64,000 bases of DNA from Candidatus Methanophagales archaeon (GCA_030602585.1 JAUVZJ010000003.1:5047-69046); one strand, 5' to 3'; counted from the first letter of the stretch, positions 50,672-61,062 are shown. A program made the numbers and translations. The notes: a model not told the origin generated them from the sequence alone.

Positions 50672-51946
50672 TTACTGTTTTACGAGCTCATAAGCAACCT
50701 CGCTCGCCTTATCCTTTATCTCCTCCTCACCCTCTACCTTCCTTCCAGCCATTAAAATCTTTCCATCACATATTACCGTATCAACGCAACTACCATTCGC
50801 AGAATAGACAATATTTGAAGTCAAATTATGGTTCGGCACGAGTTCCACCTTCTTTAAGTCCAGCAGGACAACGTCAGCCAGTCTTCCCGCTTCGATTACG
50901 CCTGAATTCAACCTGAACATTTTTGCTGCGTTACGTGTCGCAAGCGCAAAAGCTTCTTCTGCCGGCATGCTCGTCGGGTCGCCGGAAAACGCCTTATGAA
51001 CCAAAGAGGCTATCTTCATCTCTTCAAACATATCAAGGTTGTTGTTAGAAGCACAGCCATCTGTTCCGAGTGCGATATTTGAGTATAAACCCGCCTTTTT
51101 CAGCTCCTCATAAAGCATCCGCCCCGCGGCTAATTTCATATTCGACACCGGATTATGCACTATCTTCACGTCGTTCTTCTTCAACAATTCCATTTCTTTT
51201 ATGCTCAGATGAACGCAATGGCAGGCAATCGTCCTCGAACTTAAAAACCCGATTCCTTCGAGGAACTCCACTGGTCGCACCCCATACCTCTTTATGCACT
51301 CCTTCACCTCATCCTCTGTCTCCGATAAGTGAATATGAATCAGGAGGTCGTTTCTCTCTGAAAATTCTTTCACCCAGTAGAGGCTTTCCTCCGAAACCGT
51401 GTAGATTGCATGCGGTCCAAGCGCAAAAATAATTCTGTCCGCTAAATTTTTACTTGCCTCGTATAACGCTTCATTCCTTCTTATCTGCTCTTTTGCCTTC
51501 GTTTCGTCAAATCCATCAATAAAAACAGCGGATAACGCCGCCCTTATTCCAGATTCCGCAACTGCTCTCGCACTGCCTCCCCAGTGCCAATACATGTCGT
51601 TAAAAAAGATTGTGCCCGATTTTATCATCTCCAAACATGCTAATTTCGTTCCCCAATAAACGTCCTCTTCGGTCATCCTCGCCTCTACCGGCCATATCTT
51701 CGTCGAAAGCCATTCATGAAGCGGCATGTCATCTCCATATCCACGTAGTAAAGTCATTGCCGCATGTGTATGCGCATTGAAAAGACCGGGAATTGCCGCC
51801 TTTCCTTTACCATCAATCACAAATTCCGCTTCTTCTACCTTCTCTTTACTACTACCGGCTTCGCTAATCGCTTCTATCACATTTCCCGCGATGTAAATAT
51901 TCCTCTCCTTCCCTCCCACCAGCACGTTATTTATCAGAACTGACAT
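50672..51946 (-). CDS. mtaD: 5-methylthioadenosine/S-adenosylhomocysteine deaminase-like amidohydrolase
   Basis: NAHTHAAM, PHAIYT, HIHLSET, HNP.SNMKLA, GTDG..SNNNLDM. Confidence 0.8.
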   Translation of the reverse strand: MSVLINNVLVGGKERNIYIAGNVIEAISEAGSSKEKVEEAEFVIDGKGKAAIPGLFNAHTHAAMTLLRGYGDDMPLHEWLSTKIWPVEARMTEEDVYWGTKLACLEMIKSGTIFFNDMYWHWGGSARAVAESGIRAALSAVFIDGFDETKAKEQIRRNEALYEASKNLADRIIFALGPHAIYTVSEESLYWVKEFSERNDLLIHIHLSETEDEVKECIKRYGVRPVEFLEGIGFLSSRTIACHCVHLSIKEMELLKKNDVKIVHNPVSNMKLAAGRMLYEELKKAGLYSNIALGTDGCASNNNLDMFEEMKIASLVHKAFSGDPTSMPAEEAFALATRNAAKMFRLNSGVIEAGRLADVVLLDLKKVELVPNHNLTSNIVYSANGSCVDTVICDGKILMAGRKVEGEEEIKDKASEVAYELVKQ

Positions 51947-52198
51947 GTCAACACCACCTCGATATTTATATTTAGTATCTGTATAACTCTTTAAAAATCA
52001 CAAACTCCAATAGATACCAATAAACCCTTTCAGGGCTTGCGGGGTCGTGGGGCGGAGCCCCACAGTGCTAAAAGAAAACATTGTTTCTTTGGTAAAGCTT
52101 TCTTTTTAAAAGAAAGGTTTGCGATGAGCCAGAAGATAGCGAAGCAGGCGCAGCATTTTTGGTCAAACTTTTTTTAAAAGTTTGTTGATCAAACTTTC

Positions 52199-52322
52199 CT
52201 AAAGTTTGATGCCGGAGCCGGCGGATGTTACGGAAGAGAGCATAAGGAAGTAAGCGTTCTTAAACAAAGGGTCGTTCAGGTGTTGCTTGAGTTCCGTTAG
52301 GTTTTTGGGTAGCCAGAGGGTC
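52199..52322 (-). pseudogene. 5' fragment of a Wzx-like polysaccharide flippase
   Basis: DPLFKNAYFLMLSSVTSAGSG ends at a CAAACTTT hairpin repeat. Confidence 0.4.
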
Positions 52323-52356
52323 ATTTTATCCTTGGGGAAAGGGGGGTGGCAAATGG

Positions 52357-52542
52357 CTAAGGGCAAAAGGTTTTCGAGCGTGCCGAAATCAATTTTGAAT
52401 TTGAAAGCATACTTGATATTTCTATACATCCTTTCTCTATCTCCTTAAATAAAAGTTTCTTTTTGGATATTTGATAGATGTAAACAGCAAGGTCTTTACC
52501 CTTCTGCCAAACTCTAAGTTCTTTAAAACCTCCTTTACCCAT
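52357..52542 (-). pseudogene. Four-helix-bundle (TIGR02436/IVS-type) gene, internally deleted
   Basis: FKELRVWQKGKDLAVYIY joined directly to C-terminal CIEISSML; ACCACAGATTACACAGATT repeat upstream. Confidence 0.6.
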
Positions 52543-52631
52543 TAGCCTTTCGTCTCTTGCCTCTTATCGGACATTTTTTAACCACAGATTACACAGATTT
52601 ATTTATTTTCAAGGGGCTCTCAGGGATTTAA

Positions 52632-53123
52632 ATGCTCGTTTTTGATGCCACACCACTCATATACCTCACAAAGGTTGGAAAACTTCATTTAATCGGGAAT
52701 ATTAGCGAGAAGAAGGTAATTCCCGGGAGTGTTTTTGAGGAAGTTGTTGTTAAAGGTAAAGAGGCTGGAAAAACGGATGCCGATAAAGGATGTTATTCTT
52801 ACGAAAAAAGTGATGTGGCACATAGAGAAACATGGGGTCACAAGAGAAGAAATAATGGACGTTTTAAACAGCTTCAAATATATAAGAAGAAAGCGAAATG
52901 ATATATGATGAAGAAAGTGAAGATAAAGACGGAAGAGGACTTAGAAAACCTGCCTGAGGGTGAAGTCGTAGAGGTCGAATCATGTGATATCTGATTCAGA
53001 TTGATCGAAAGGGGGAGTTTGCACACCGAGGTCTCTGTATCTGAAGAAGAAGCGAAAATACCTCTACCTGAAGAGTTATATGAAAAGGTCAAAGGTAAGA
53101 GGGTTGTGATAGTGCCTAAGTAA
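52632..53123 (+). pseudogene. Fused TA fragments: DUF3368/PIN N-terminus, BrnT-like piece, small ORF with in-frame TGA
   Basis: VFDATPLIYL.K.G.L; in another frame VILTKKVMWHIEKHGVTREEI; 52905-53123 has TGA at 52992. Confidence 0.5.
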
Positions 53124-53264
53124 CCCGTCAAAAGTTTTGTCCTCAACCTGCAAAAAACTTTACTAAAAACACTTACGCATAAAACTTTTTAGAAAACACT
53201 TTTTCTTTTTAGAAAAAAGAAAACCTGTGCTAAATTTATGAAAAGTGAACAAATGCCGAAAAGG

Positions 53265-53340
53265 TTTCTTTTGGAGTACCTCAGGTTCTAACCTGTTGTT
53301 GTGGTTTTTTATGAACACTTTTTAAACATATTTCTCAGTG
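53265..53340 (+). promoter_or_regulatory. Conserved upstream element shared by tusA and sod operons
   Basis: TTTCTTTTGGAGT, TACCTCAGGTTCTAAC (53277; 60301) and TTTCTCAGTG blocks in the same order in both. Confidence 0.55.
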
Positions 53341-53368
53341 GCGGAGGAAGCGAAATTTGGAGGTCTTG

Positions 53369-53614
53369 ATGATGGATTCGGATATTATTCCCGATGCAGA
53401 ACTGGATTGTGTGGGTCTCTACTGCCCGATGCCAATTGCCATGACGAAGGAGGAAATAGAAAAGATCGAGGTGGGACAGGTGTTGAAGGTAGTGGCGGAC
53501 GATCCCGCGGCGGAAGAGGACATAAAACGATGGGCTGAGAGGTGGGGACACGAGCTTCTGGAATTTGAAAAGGTGGGGACAATACTAACCTTCCTTATAA
53601 GAAGAATGATATGA
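53369..53614 (+). CDS. tusA: TusA/SirA-family sulfurtransferase
   Basis: LDCVGLYCPMP, LKVVADDP. Confidence 0.9.
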   Translation: MMDSDIIPDAELDCVGLYCPMPIAMTKEEIEKIEVGQVLKVVADDPAAEEDIKRWAERWGHELLEFEKVGTILTFLIRRMI

Positions 53615-53627
53615 GGAGGAGGATGAG

Positions 53628-53987
53628 ATGAGTAAAATACTCTATATACAAACAAGTGGCGTAGATACGCCAGAAAGGTTGTATGCGCCGTTCATACTTG
53701 CGACGACCGCGGTTGCTATGGAAATAGATGCAGAGATTTATTTCCTGATAAAAGGTGTGACTGTTGTCAAGAAGGGTGAAGCAGAGAAGATTAAAATAGG
53801 AACCTTCCCAAGCCTTAAGGAGGTCATGGAGCAAGCGATAGCCGCAGGCGTGAAGTTATTCGTATGCGAGCAGAGCACGCAACTCCTTGGGATACCGAGA
53901 GGCGATTTCATTCCTGAGGCAAAGATAGTTGGCGCTGGTACGCTAAACGACCTTGCGCTCGATGCCGACGCCGTCCTTAACTTTTAG
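53628..53987 (+). CDS. DsrE/DsrF-family protein
   Basis: APF.LA..A, IYFL..GV, GVKLFVCEQS, VGA. Confidence 0.8.
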   Translation: MSKILYIQTSGVDTPERLYAPFILATTAVAMEIDAEIYFLIKGVTVVKKGEAEKIKIGTFPSLKEVMEQAIAAGVKLFVCEQSTQLLGIPRGDFIPEAKIVGAGTLNDLALDADAVLNF

Positions 53988-53997
53988 AGGCGAGCCT

Positions 53998-55152
53998 ATG
54001 AGGATGATATATTTAGACCATGCAGCGGCGATGCCAATTAATCCAGGGGTATTGGAGTTTGCCAAACGGTATCTTCAAAGTGACTTCGGAAATCCTTCGT
54101 CCCTCTATTCAGCAGGATTAGAAGCGAAAAGGATTATCGAAGATGCCCGGAAAAAAATTGCAGAACTTATTAACGCAGAGAATGAGACCTGTATTGTCTT
54201 TACCAGCGGCGCAACGGAATCCAACAACTTAGCAATCAAGGGAACCGCACTCAGGAACATAGGAAAAGGTAAAAAGGTCGTGGCAAGCGCCATAGAACAC
54301 ATTTCCGTTCTCAATCCCATGAAAGAGCTTCAGAAAAGTGGTTTCGAACTGACCATTATACCGGTTGATTCAACGGGTATCGTTGATATTGAGGAACTCG
54401 ATGATAGTTTGACCAAAGATACCACTGTAACCTCGATAATGTATGCAAACAATGAAATAGGGACAATAGAACCTATCAAGGAGATAAGTGAGATAGTTCA
54501 TGAAAAGGGCTTATATTTGCACGTGGATGCAACTGCTGCCGCAGGGCGTTTACCGGTAGATGTACAAAATGATGGGATAGACCTGTTAACACTATCATCT
54601 AACGATATGTATGGGCCTCAAGGCGCAGGTGCATTGTATATAAAACCGGGTGTAAGGCTTCAATCAATCCTTCCCGGCGGTGGACAGGAACGTGGGCTTA
54701 GATCCGGGACAGAGAACGTATTCGCCATTGCTGGGATGGGAGAAGCGGCGAGGATAGCAAAGGATGAAATGGCTCAGGAAAGCAAGAGACTCCGGGGAAT
54801 AAGGGATGGACTCATCAGTGAGATATTGAAGGTCGAGGAATCATATCTCACGGGACATCCTACCCAAAGGCTTCCTCACCATGCAAGTTTCCGGTTCAGT
54901 CGTATAGAAGGCGAGAGCATCCTATTGAACATGGATATGAAGTACAATGTACAGGTATCCACGGGGTCAGCCTGCACTTCCAGGATGTTGGAACCCTCAC
55001 ATGTTCTAATAGCAATAGGTTTGAAACACGAAGAAGCACATGGCTCAATGGTTTTAACCCTGGGACGGTCAAATGAGGTTGAAGAGATACCTATAATCAC
55101 AAAGGCTATTAAGGAAACGGTTCAAAGGTTGAGAGAACTTACACCGCTGTAA
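53998..55152 (+). CDS. iscS: IscS/NifS-like protein with Asp at the PLP-lysine position
   Basis: FTSGATESNN, ANNEIGT, SSNDMYGP (canonical SxHKxxGP), STGSACTS. Confidence 0.9.
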   Translation: MRMIYLDHAAAMPINPGVLEFAKRYLQSDFGNPSSLYSAGLEAKRIIEDARKKIAELINAENETCIVFTSGATESNNLAIKGTALRNIGKGKKVVASAIEHISVLNPMKELQKSGFELTIIPVDSTGIVDIEELDDSLTKDTTVTSIMYANNEIGTIEPIKEISEIVHEKGLYLHVDATAAAGRLPVDVQNDGIDLLTLSSNDMYGPQGAGALYIKPGVRLQSILPGGGQERGLRSGTENVFAIAGMGEAARIAKDEMAQESKRLRGIRDGLISEILKVEESYLTGHPTQRLPHHASFRFSRIEGESILLNMDMKYNVQVSTGSACTSRMLEPSHVLIAIGLKHEEAHGSMVLTLGRSNEVEEIPIITKAIKETVQRLRELTPL

Positions 55153-55162
55153 AATAAGAGAG

Positions 55163-55555
55163 GTGATGAGTATGGCGCAGATAGGTTATAGTAAAAAAGT
55201 ATTGGAACATTTCATGAATCCGAGGAATGTGGGTACGATAGAAAACCCTGATGGATATGGTAAGGTGGGTAATCCCGTCTGCGGAGACCTGATGGAGATG
55301 TTTATTAGCGTAAAAGACGATATTATCACTGATATAAAGTTCAGAACCTTCGGCTGCGGTTCGGCAATTGCAACGAGTAGCATGGTGACTGAATTGACGA
55401 AAGGGATGCATATAGATGAAGCAATGGAAATAACACGTGACGCCGTGGCTGATGAACTCGAAGGTCTGCCTCCACGGAAGATGCATTGTTCCAACCTGGC
55501 AGCCAGTGCACTTCACGAGGCAATTAAAGATTATAAAAGGAAGGAGGAAGATTAA
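55163..55555 (+). CDS. iscU: Fe-S scaffold IscU/NifU-N
   Basis: HF.NPRNVG, CGD, FGCGSA, MHCSNLA. Confidence 0.95.
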   Translation: MMSMAQIGYSKKVLEHFMNPRNVGTIENPDGYGKVGNPVCGDLMEMFISVKDDIITDIKFRTFGCGSAIATSSMVTELTKGMHIDEAMEITRDAVADELEGLPPRKMHCSNLAASALHEAIKDYKRKEED

Positions 55556-55669
55556 AATGCCCCGTAGTTATGGGTATTTATTATATTAACGACATTGCTT
55601 GCATGACCAGAAGGAATACAAAAAGTTTTTAATGATGGAGAATTACTATTAAAATAGTGGGAAAAGCTT

Positions 55670-56014
55670 ATGAAGGTGCAAGAGTTAATAAATGTGAAAA
55701 GAAAGGAAAGGATAGAAATGCTGAATAATGAATTAGAAAGGATAAGAGAAGAGCTAATTTCTCTGGGTGCGGTGAAAATAATCCTTTTTGGCTCTGCCGT
55801 TAGGAATGAACTGGGCATTTTCAGCGACTTAGATATTATAGCGGTAATGAAGAGTGATTTGAGTTTTATTGATAGGGTGAAGCATGTGTATGAGATAATA
55901 AAACCCAGGTCCGCGGATATTTTGGTTTATACTCCGGAGGAGCTGAAAGAAGAGAGACCTTTTATAACAAATGCCTTAAAAGGGAGCAGGGTTATCTATG
56001 AGAAAGAGCCATGA
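55670..56014 (+). CDS. Minimal nucleotidyltransferase (MNT) antitoxin
   Basis: LFGS.VR, SDLDI, ADILVYTPEE. Confidence 0.9.
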   Translation: MKVQELINVKRKERIEMLNNELERIREELISLGAVKIILFGSAVRNELGIFSDLDIIAVMKSDLSFIDRVKHVYEIIKPRSADILVYTPEELKEERPFITNALKGSRVIYEKEP

Positions 56015-56402
56015 GGAAGAAGGTCTAAGATGGCTGGAGCAAGCAGAGGAAGATTTAATAACTGCGAACTATCTTATGGAGAAGGAGCGGTACTATATGG
56101 TCTGCTTTCTATCTCAGCAAATAGTGGAAAAGTCCTTGAAAGCATATCTCTATTTTAAAGGAGAAGAGCTGGTGATAGGTCATTCTGTTCAGGAACTATG
56201 CGAGTGGGCAGAGAGGTTTGATCGTGAGTTTGCTGAAACAAAGGAAAAAGTTGCGATATTAGACAGCTACTACATGCCAACGAGATACCCTAATAGCTTG
56301 CCTTCGAGCATACCTGCAAAGGTTTTTAGAAAAGTACCCGCAGAAGAAGCTTTGAAACTTGCAAAAGAAGCATTTGAGCTGGTTAAAACTAAAACAAAAT
56401 GA
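55998..56402 (+). CDS. HEPN-domain protein (MNT partner)
   Basis: WLEQAEEDL, QQ.VEK.LKA, GHS, YMPTRYP. Confidence 0.9.
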   Translation: MRKSHEEEGLRWLEQAEEDLITANYLMEKERYYMVCFLSQQIVEKSLKAYLYFKGEELVIGHSVQELCEWAERFDREFAETKEKVAILDSYYMPTRYPNSLPSSIPAKVFRKVPAEEALKLAKEAFELVKTKTK

Positions 56403-56772
56403 GCATAATAAAAAAGTATTGGAACATTTCATAAATCCGAGGAACGTAGGTACGATAGAAAACCCTGACGGATATGGTAAGGTGGGTAATCCCATCTGCG
56501 GAGACCTGATGGAAATGTTTATTAGCGTAAAAGACAATATTATCACAGATATAAAGTTCAGAACCTTCGGCTGCGGTTCTGCAATTGCAACGAGTAGCAT
56601 GGTGACTGAATTGACGAAAGGGATGCATGTAGATGAAGCAATGAAAATAACGCGTGACGACGTGGCTGATGAACTCGAAGGTCTGCCTCCACGGAAGATG
56701 CATTGTTCCAACCTGGTAGCCAGTGCACTTCACGAGGCAATTAAAGATTATAAAAGGAAGAAGGAAGAATAA
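56399..56772 (+). pseudogene. iscU: Second iscU copy, 1-nt deletion in codon 3
   Basis: ATG AGC [T]AT AAT AAA AAA GTA restores MSYNKKV; ~16 substitutions vs copy 1 over ~365 nt. Confidence 0.75.
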
Positions 56773-56806
56773 AAAATGTAGCAGTTGCGGAAAGACAACG
56801 TGAGGT

Positions 56807-59341
56807 ATGACAGAAGAGAATAGAAATAAGACGGAACTCCGGATTTCGGGAATGACCTGTGCAACATGCGTAAAAACAATTGAGAACGCCCTCAAAAGAT
56901 TGAATGGAATCGTTAGTGTTAGTGTTAATCTCGGCGCGGAAAAGGCGTATGTCACCTTCAACCCCGGAATGACAACAGTGGCGGACATGAAAAAAGCCAT
57001 TGAAGAAGCGGGCTATCAATATCTTGGTGTAGAGGGAGAAGAAGCAGAAGATTTAGAAGAAGTAGCAAGGGCACGAGATTTAAGAGAAAAACGCAACAGG
57101 TTTATTGTTGGTTTTGCCGTAGGCGTGCCTCTAATGATTCTCGGTTACGTTTACGTTTCAATTGATTTTCCAGTGGCATATCTGATGCTGGTTGTTTCTG
57201 CTCCTGCCTTCATTTATGTAAGTCATCCGATATTCAGTGCTGCCCACCGTTCTCTTAAAAATAGGAATCTCAGCATGGATGTCATGTATTCCATGGGAAT
57301 AGGAGTTGCATTTGTAGCAAGCATTTTAGGCACTTTTGAGTTTATACTTTCACGTGAATTCTTGTTTTACGATACTGCGGTTCTTCTTGCTGCATTTCTT
57401 ACGATAGGGCGGTACATGGAGGCAAGGGCAAAAGGTAAAACCTCAGAAGCGATAAAAAAACTGATGGGGTTACAACCAAAAACTGCTGCGGTTTTAAAAC
57501 CCAAAGATATAGACATAGAAATTTTATATTTTGAAGATTGCCCAAACTACAATAAGGCGATAGAAGAGGTAAAAGATGCTCTAAAGGAAGTGAATGTTAC
57601 CGTTCCTCTCAAACTAACGAAGGTAAGCGAAGAAGATTTCCAGGAATATCCCTTTTTCGGATCACCGACTATTTTAATAAATGGAAGAGATTTGGAGGGA
57701 AGGGTTAATAAAACATTTGGCTGCAGGCTTTACAATTACAACAATAAATATTTTGGATTTCCTCCGAGAGATATGTTGATTGATAAATTATTAACGGCTT
57801 TTGAAGAGCAGGAAATACCGATAGAGGACGTTCAAGTAAATGACATAGTAGTGGTTAAACCTGGAGAAAAAATACCGGTAGATGGTGAAGTCGTTGATGG
57901 TGAAAGTTACGTAGATGAGTCAATGATTACAGGGGAACCTATTCCGGCTTTTAAGCATAAAGCTGACAGTGTTGTCGGTGGAACGCTGAACAAAAACAGC
58001 GTAATCAAATTCAGAGCAACGAAAATAGGGCGCGATACCGTATTATCTCAAATCGTAAAGCTTGTGGAATCCGCTCAGGGCTCAAAACCGCCTGTTCAGA
58101 GAATTGCAGATAAAGCAGTGAGTTATTTCATTCCAACAGTGCTGACAATTGCAGTTCTTTCCTTTGTTGTATGGTATTTAATTCTCGGTAATACACTGCT
58201 TTTTGCGCTAACAGCCTTGATTTCTGTCCTTGTTATCGCATGTCCATGCGCGCTTGGACTTGCAACACCTACTGCTGTAACGGTAGGCGTTGGGCGTGGA
58301 GCGGAACTCGGCGTTCTCGTTAAGAAGGGCGAAGCGCTTGAAATATCCGAGAAACTGACAACGATAGTGTTCGATAAAACCGGAACGCTTACAAAGGGAA
58401 AACCGGAAGTTACAGATATAATCGGTATTGGAATTGACGATGGTGCGTTGCTAAAGTTGGGAGCAAGTGTTGAGAAGAATTCACAACATCCTCTCGCAGA
58501 GGCTATCGTGAGAAAAGCAGAGGAAAAAAATATTGCGATGGAGGAGAGTGAGAGTTTTGACACCTTTGGTGGTAAGGGCGTAATAGCAAAAGTAGAGGGA
58601 ATAGAGGTGCTTATAGGGAATAGAGCACTTTTTAAAGAAAGAGATATTTCGTACCAGAAGGTTGAGGAGAAGATAATTCAACTGGAAAAAGAAGGAAAGA
58701 CGGTCATATTAATCGCTATTGATAACGAGATATGTGGCATGGTCGCTATTGCTGACACATTAAAGGAAAGAACAAAAGATGCAATTAAGGCGTTCAAAAA
58801 CATGAAGTTTAACGTTGTTATGATTACAGGTGACAATGCAAGGACTGCATACGCAATTGCAAAGCAAATTGGAATCGAGAATGTGTTGGCTGAAGTCTTA
58901 CCGCAGGATAAAGCTAATGAAGTAAAGAAACTGCAAGAAAAGGGCGAGGTGGTTGCTTTTGTGGGCGATGGCATTAACGATGCACCGGCACTTGCACAGG
59001 CTGACGTGGGTATTGCAATAGGCAGCGGGACGGATGTAGCAATAGAGAGCGGTGAGATCGTACTTATAAAAGACGACCTTATGGATGCGGTTGCAGCGGT
59101 GCAATTGAGTAAGAAAGTAATGTCGAGGATAAAGCAGAACCTGTTCTGGGCTTTTGCTTATAATACTGCACTCATTCCGGTGGCGGCAGGAATACTATAT
59201 CCATTTTTTGAAATTACTTTTAAACCAGAACTTGCGGGGCTTGCAATGGCTCTGAGCTCCGTAACGGTCGTAACGCTTTCCTTGACGTTGAAAAGATATA
59301 TGCCGCCCGCAAAGAGGGGTGAAAAAAACGAAAGGAGGTGA
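56807..59341 (+). CDS. copA: P1B-1 Cu(+)-translocating ATPase with inserted thioredoxin-like domain
   Basis: GMTCATC, TGEP, CPC, DKTGT, HP, GDGIND, YN, MALSS. Confidence 0.95.
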   Translation: MTEENRNKTELRISGMTCATCVKTIENALKRLNGIVSVSVNLGAEKAYVTFNPGMTTVADMKKAIEEAGYQYLGVEGEEAEDLEEVARARDLREKRNRFIVGFAVGVPLMILGYVYVSIDFPVAYLMLVVSAPAFIYVSHPIFSAAHRSLKNRNLSMDVMYSMGIGVAFVASILGTFEFILSREFLFYDTAVLLAAFLTIGRYMEARAKGKTSEAIKKLMGLQPKTAAVLKPKDIDIEILYFEDCPNYNKAIEEVKDALKEVNVTVPLKLTKVSEEDFQEYPFFGSPTILINGRDLEGRVNKTFGCRLYNYNNKYFGFPPRDMLIDKLLTAFEEQEIPIEDVQVNDIVVVKPGEKIPVDGEVVDGESYVDESMITGEPIPAFKHKADSVVGGTLNKNSVIKFRATKIGRDTVLSQIVKLVESAQGSKPPVQRIADKAVSYFIPTVLTIAVLSFVVWYLILGNTLLFALTALISVLVIACPCALGLATPTAVTVGVGRGAELGVLVKKGEALEISEKLTTIVFDKTGTLTKGKPEVTDIIGIGIDDGALLKLGASVEKNSQHPLAEAIVRKAEEKNIAMEESESFDTFGGKGVIAKVEGIEVLIGNRALFKERDISYQKVEEKIIQLEKEGKTVILIAIDNEICGMVAIADTLKERTKDAIKAFKNMKFNVVMITGDNARTAYAIAKQIGIENVLAEVLPQDKANEVKKLQEKGEVVAFVGDGINDAPALAQADVGIAIGSGTDVAIESGEIVLIKDDLMDAVAAVQLSKKVMSRIKQNLFWAFAYNTALIPVAAGILYPFFEITFKPELAGLAMALSSVTVVTLSLTLKRYMPPAKRGEKNERR

Positions 59342-59349
59342 AAAAAAAC

Positions 59350-59499
59350 ATGGCTATAGATCCGGTATGTAAGATGGAAGTGGACGAAAAGACGGCGAAG
59401 TTTAAGAGCGTGTATAAAGGAGAAACATATTATTTCTGTGCGCCGGGATGTAAAAAGGCATTTGAGGAGAAGCCTGAGGGATATATTGGACAAGAATAG
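59350..59499 (+). CDS. YHS/TRASH-domain metal-binding protein (not in ORF track)
   Basis: MAIDPVCKMEVD...YYFCAPGCKKAFEEKPE (49 aa), GGAGGTGA RBS. Confidence 0.9.
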   Translation: MAIDPVCKMEVDEKTAKFKSVYKGETYYFCAPGCKKAFEEKPEGYIGQE

Positions 59500-59605
59500 T
59501 GATGTCATGAGCACCAAATGATATTTTCTGGTTGCTTCGCGCCGCAGCAGACACGCAAACCGATAAGCACATAAACTTGTGCTACAAAAGAGATATACGA
59601 AGGAC

Positions 59606-60163
59606 ATGATTACCATTTTATTTATCGCATTCGGATTGGCAATGGATGCTCTGGCCGTATCTATCACAAGCGGAATAACGATAAAAGACCTGAGAACCAG
59701 TAACGCCTTAACGATTGCGCTATTCTTCGGCTCGTTTCAGGCTTTCATGCCGGTAATGGGCTGGCTGGCAGGACTTGGTGCGAGAGAGTTCATCACCGGT
59801 ATTGACCATTGGATAGCCTTTGGGCTTCTGAGTTTGATTGGTGGTAAAATGATTTTTGAATCTACCAGGATAGGGTCAAAGGAAAAAGAAATTGACCCAC
59901 TGAATATCTATGTGTTATTGATATTAGCGATTGCAACAAGCATTGATGCGTTAGCTGTTGGGCTTAGCCTATCATTTTTAAAGATGGCTATTGTAATTCC
60001 TGCAATAATAATTGGAACTGTGACATTTTCACTCTCGTTTATTGGCGTTTTTGTCGGTAACATATCAGGACACTTCTTTGAGAATAACATTGAGATCATC
60101 GGCGGGCTCATCTTGATCGGTATCGGCATAAAAATATTGATCGAACATGCCGTTATGGTGTAA
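59606..60163 (+). CDS. mntP: Manganese efflux pump MntP
   Basis: GLAMDALAVS, DHWIAF, ATSIDALAVG. Confidence 0.9.
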   Translation: MITILFIAFGLAMDALAVSITSGITIKDLRTSNALTIALFFGSFQAFMPVMGWLAGLGAREFITGIDHWIAFGLLSLIGGKMIFESTRIGSKEKEIDPLNIYVLLILAIATSIDALAVGLSLSFLKMAIVIPAIIIGTVTFSLSFIGVFVGNISGHFFENNIEIIGGLILIGIGIKILIEHAVMV

Positions 60164-60415
60164 AGGGCAGCTTCGAGAATGGTGTTTTGATCAATACGGA
60201 TTAATTTAATAAATGAATGCTTTACCCTCTAACTGAAAGTTCCTCGTAGGTTTTGTTGTAGCTGCAGTTAATAGCAGAATTTTCTTTTGGAGTTAAATCT
60301 TACCTCAGGTTCTAACTTTTGGTTCTAACCAGATATTACCGTTTCTTATGTACAACGTCTAAACCTCTTTCTCAGTGCCTTAGAGGAAGAGCACTAAAAT
60401 TTAGGATGTGATAAA

Positions 60416-61030
60416 ATGGAAACCAAGTTTTACCTTTTACCAAAACTGCCTTACGAATACAAGGATTTAGAGCCACATATATCTGAAGAACAATTAGGGA
60501 TACACCACGATAAACATCATCAAACATACGTTAATGGTGCAAATGCGATACTTCAGAAGCTCGATAAAGCACGGAAAGAGGGTGCTGATCTGGACGTTAA
60601 ATCTACTTTAAAGGAGCTATCGTTCAACGTAGGAGGGCATTTACTACACTCGTTGTTCTGGGGCAATTTAGCACCTGCTGGCAAGGGCGGTGGAGAACCA
60701 GGCGGAGTTTTGGGCGATGCCATAGAGGAGGAGTTTGGGAGTTTTGAACGGTTCAAAAAGGAATTCACTCAAGCTGCTGTTAGCGTAGAAGGTTCTGGAT
60801 GGGCAGCACTAACCTTCTGCACGCAAACTAATAGACCGGTAATAATGCAGATAGAGAAGCATAACACTAACATTTACCCGATGTTCGGGATTCTGATGGT
60901 TCTCGATGTCTGGGAGCATGCATACTACCTTGATTACAAGAACGAACGAGCAAAATATGTCGAGGCTTTCTGGAATATCGTTAACTGGGGTGAGGTAAAC
61001 AAAAGGCTTGAAGAGTTGTTGAAAGAGTAA
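60416..61030 (+). CDS. sod: Fe/Mn superoxide dismutase
   Basis: [23 protein letters not shown]. Confidence 0.95.
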   Translation: METKFYLLPKLPYEYKDLEPHISEEQLGIHHDKHHQTYVNGANAILQKLDKARKEGADLDVKSTLKELSFNVGGHLLHSLFWGNLAPAGKGGGEPGGVLGDAIEEEFGSFERFKKEFTQAAVSVEGSGWAALTFCTQTNRPVIMQIEKHNTNIYPMFGILMVLDVWEHAYYLDYKNERAKYVEAFWNIVNWGEVNKRLEELLKE

Positions 61031-61062
61031 AGCTAAAATCTAAATAAGAAGGAGGTACAAAA

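Noticed and set aside
52992-52994. Selenocysteine TGA in the 52905-53123 ORF
   Set aside because: No Cys/Sec redox context or SECIS seen; lies among pseudogene fragments, so a nonsense mutation is simpler.
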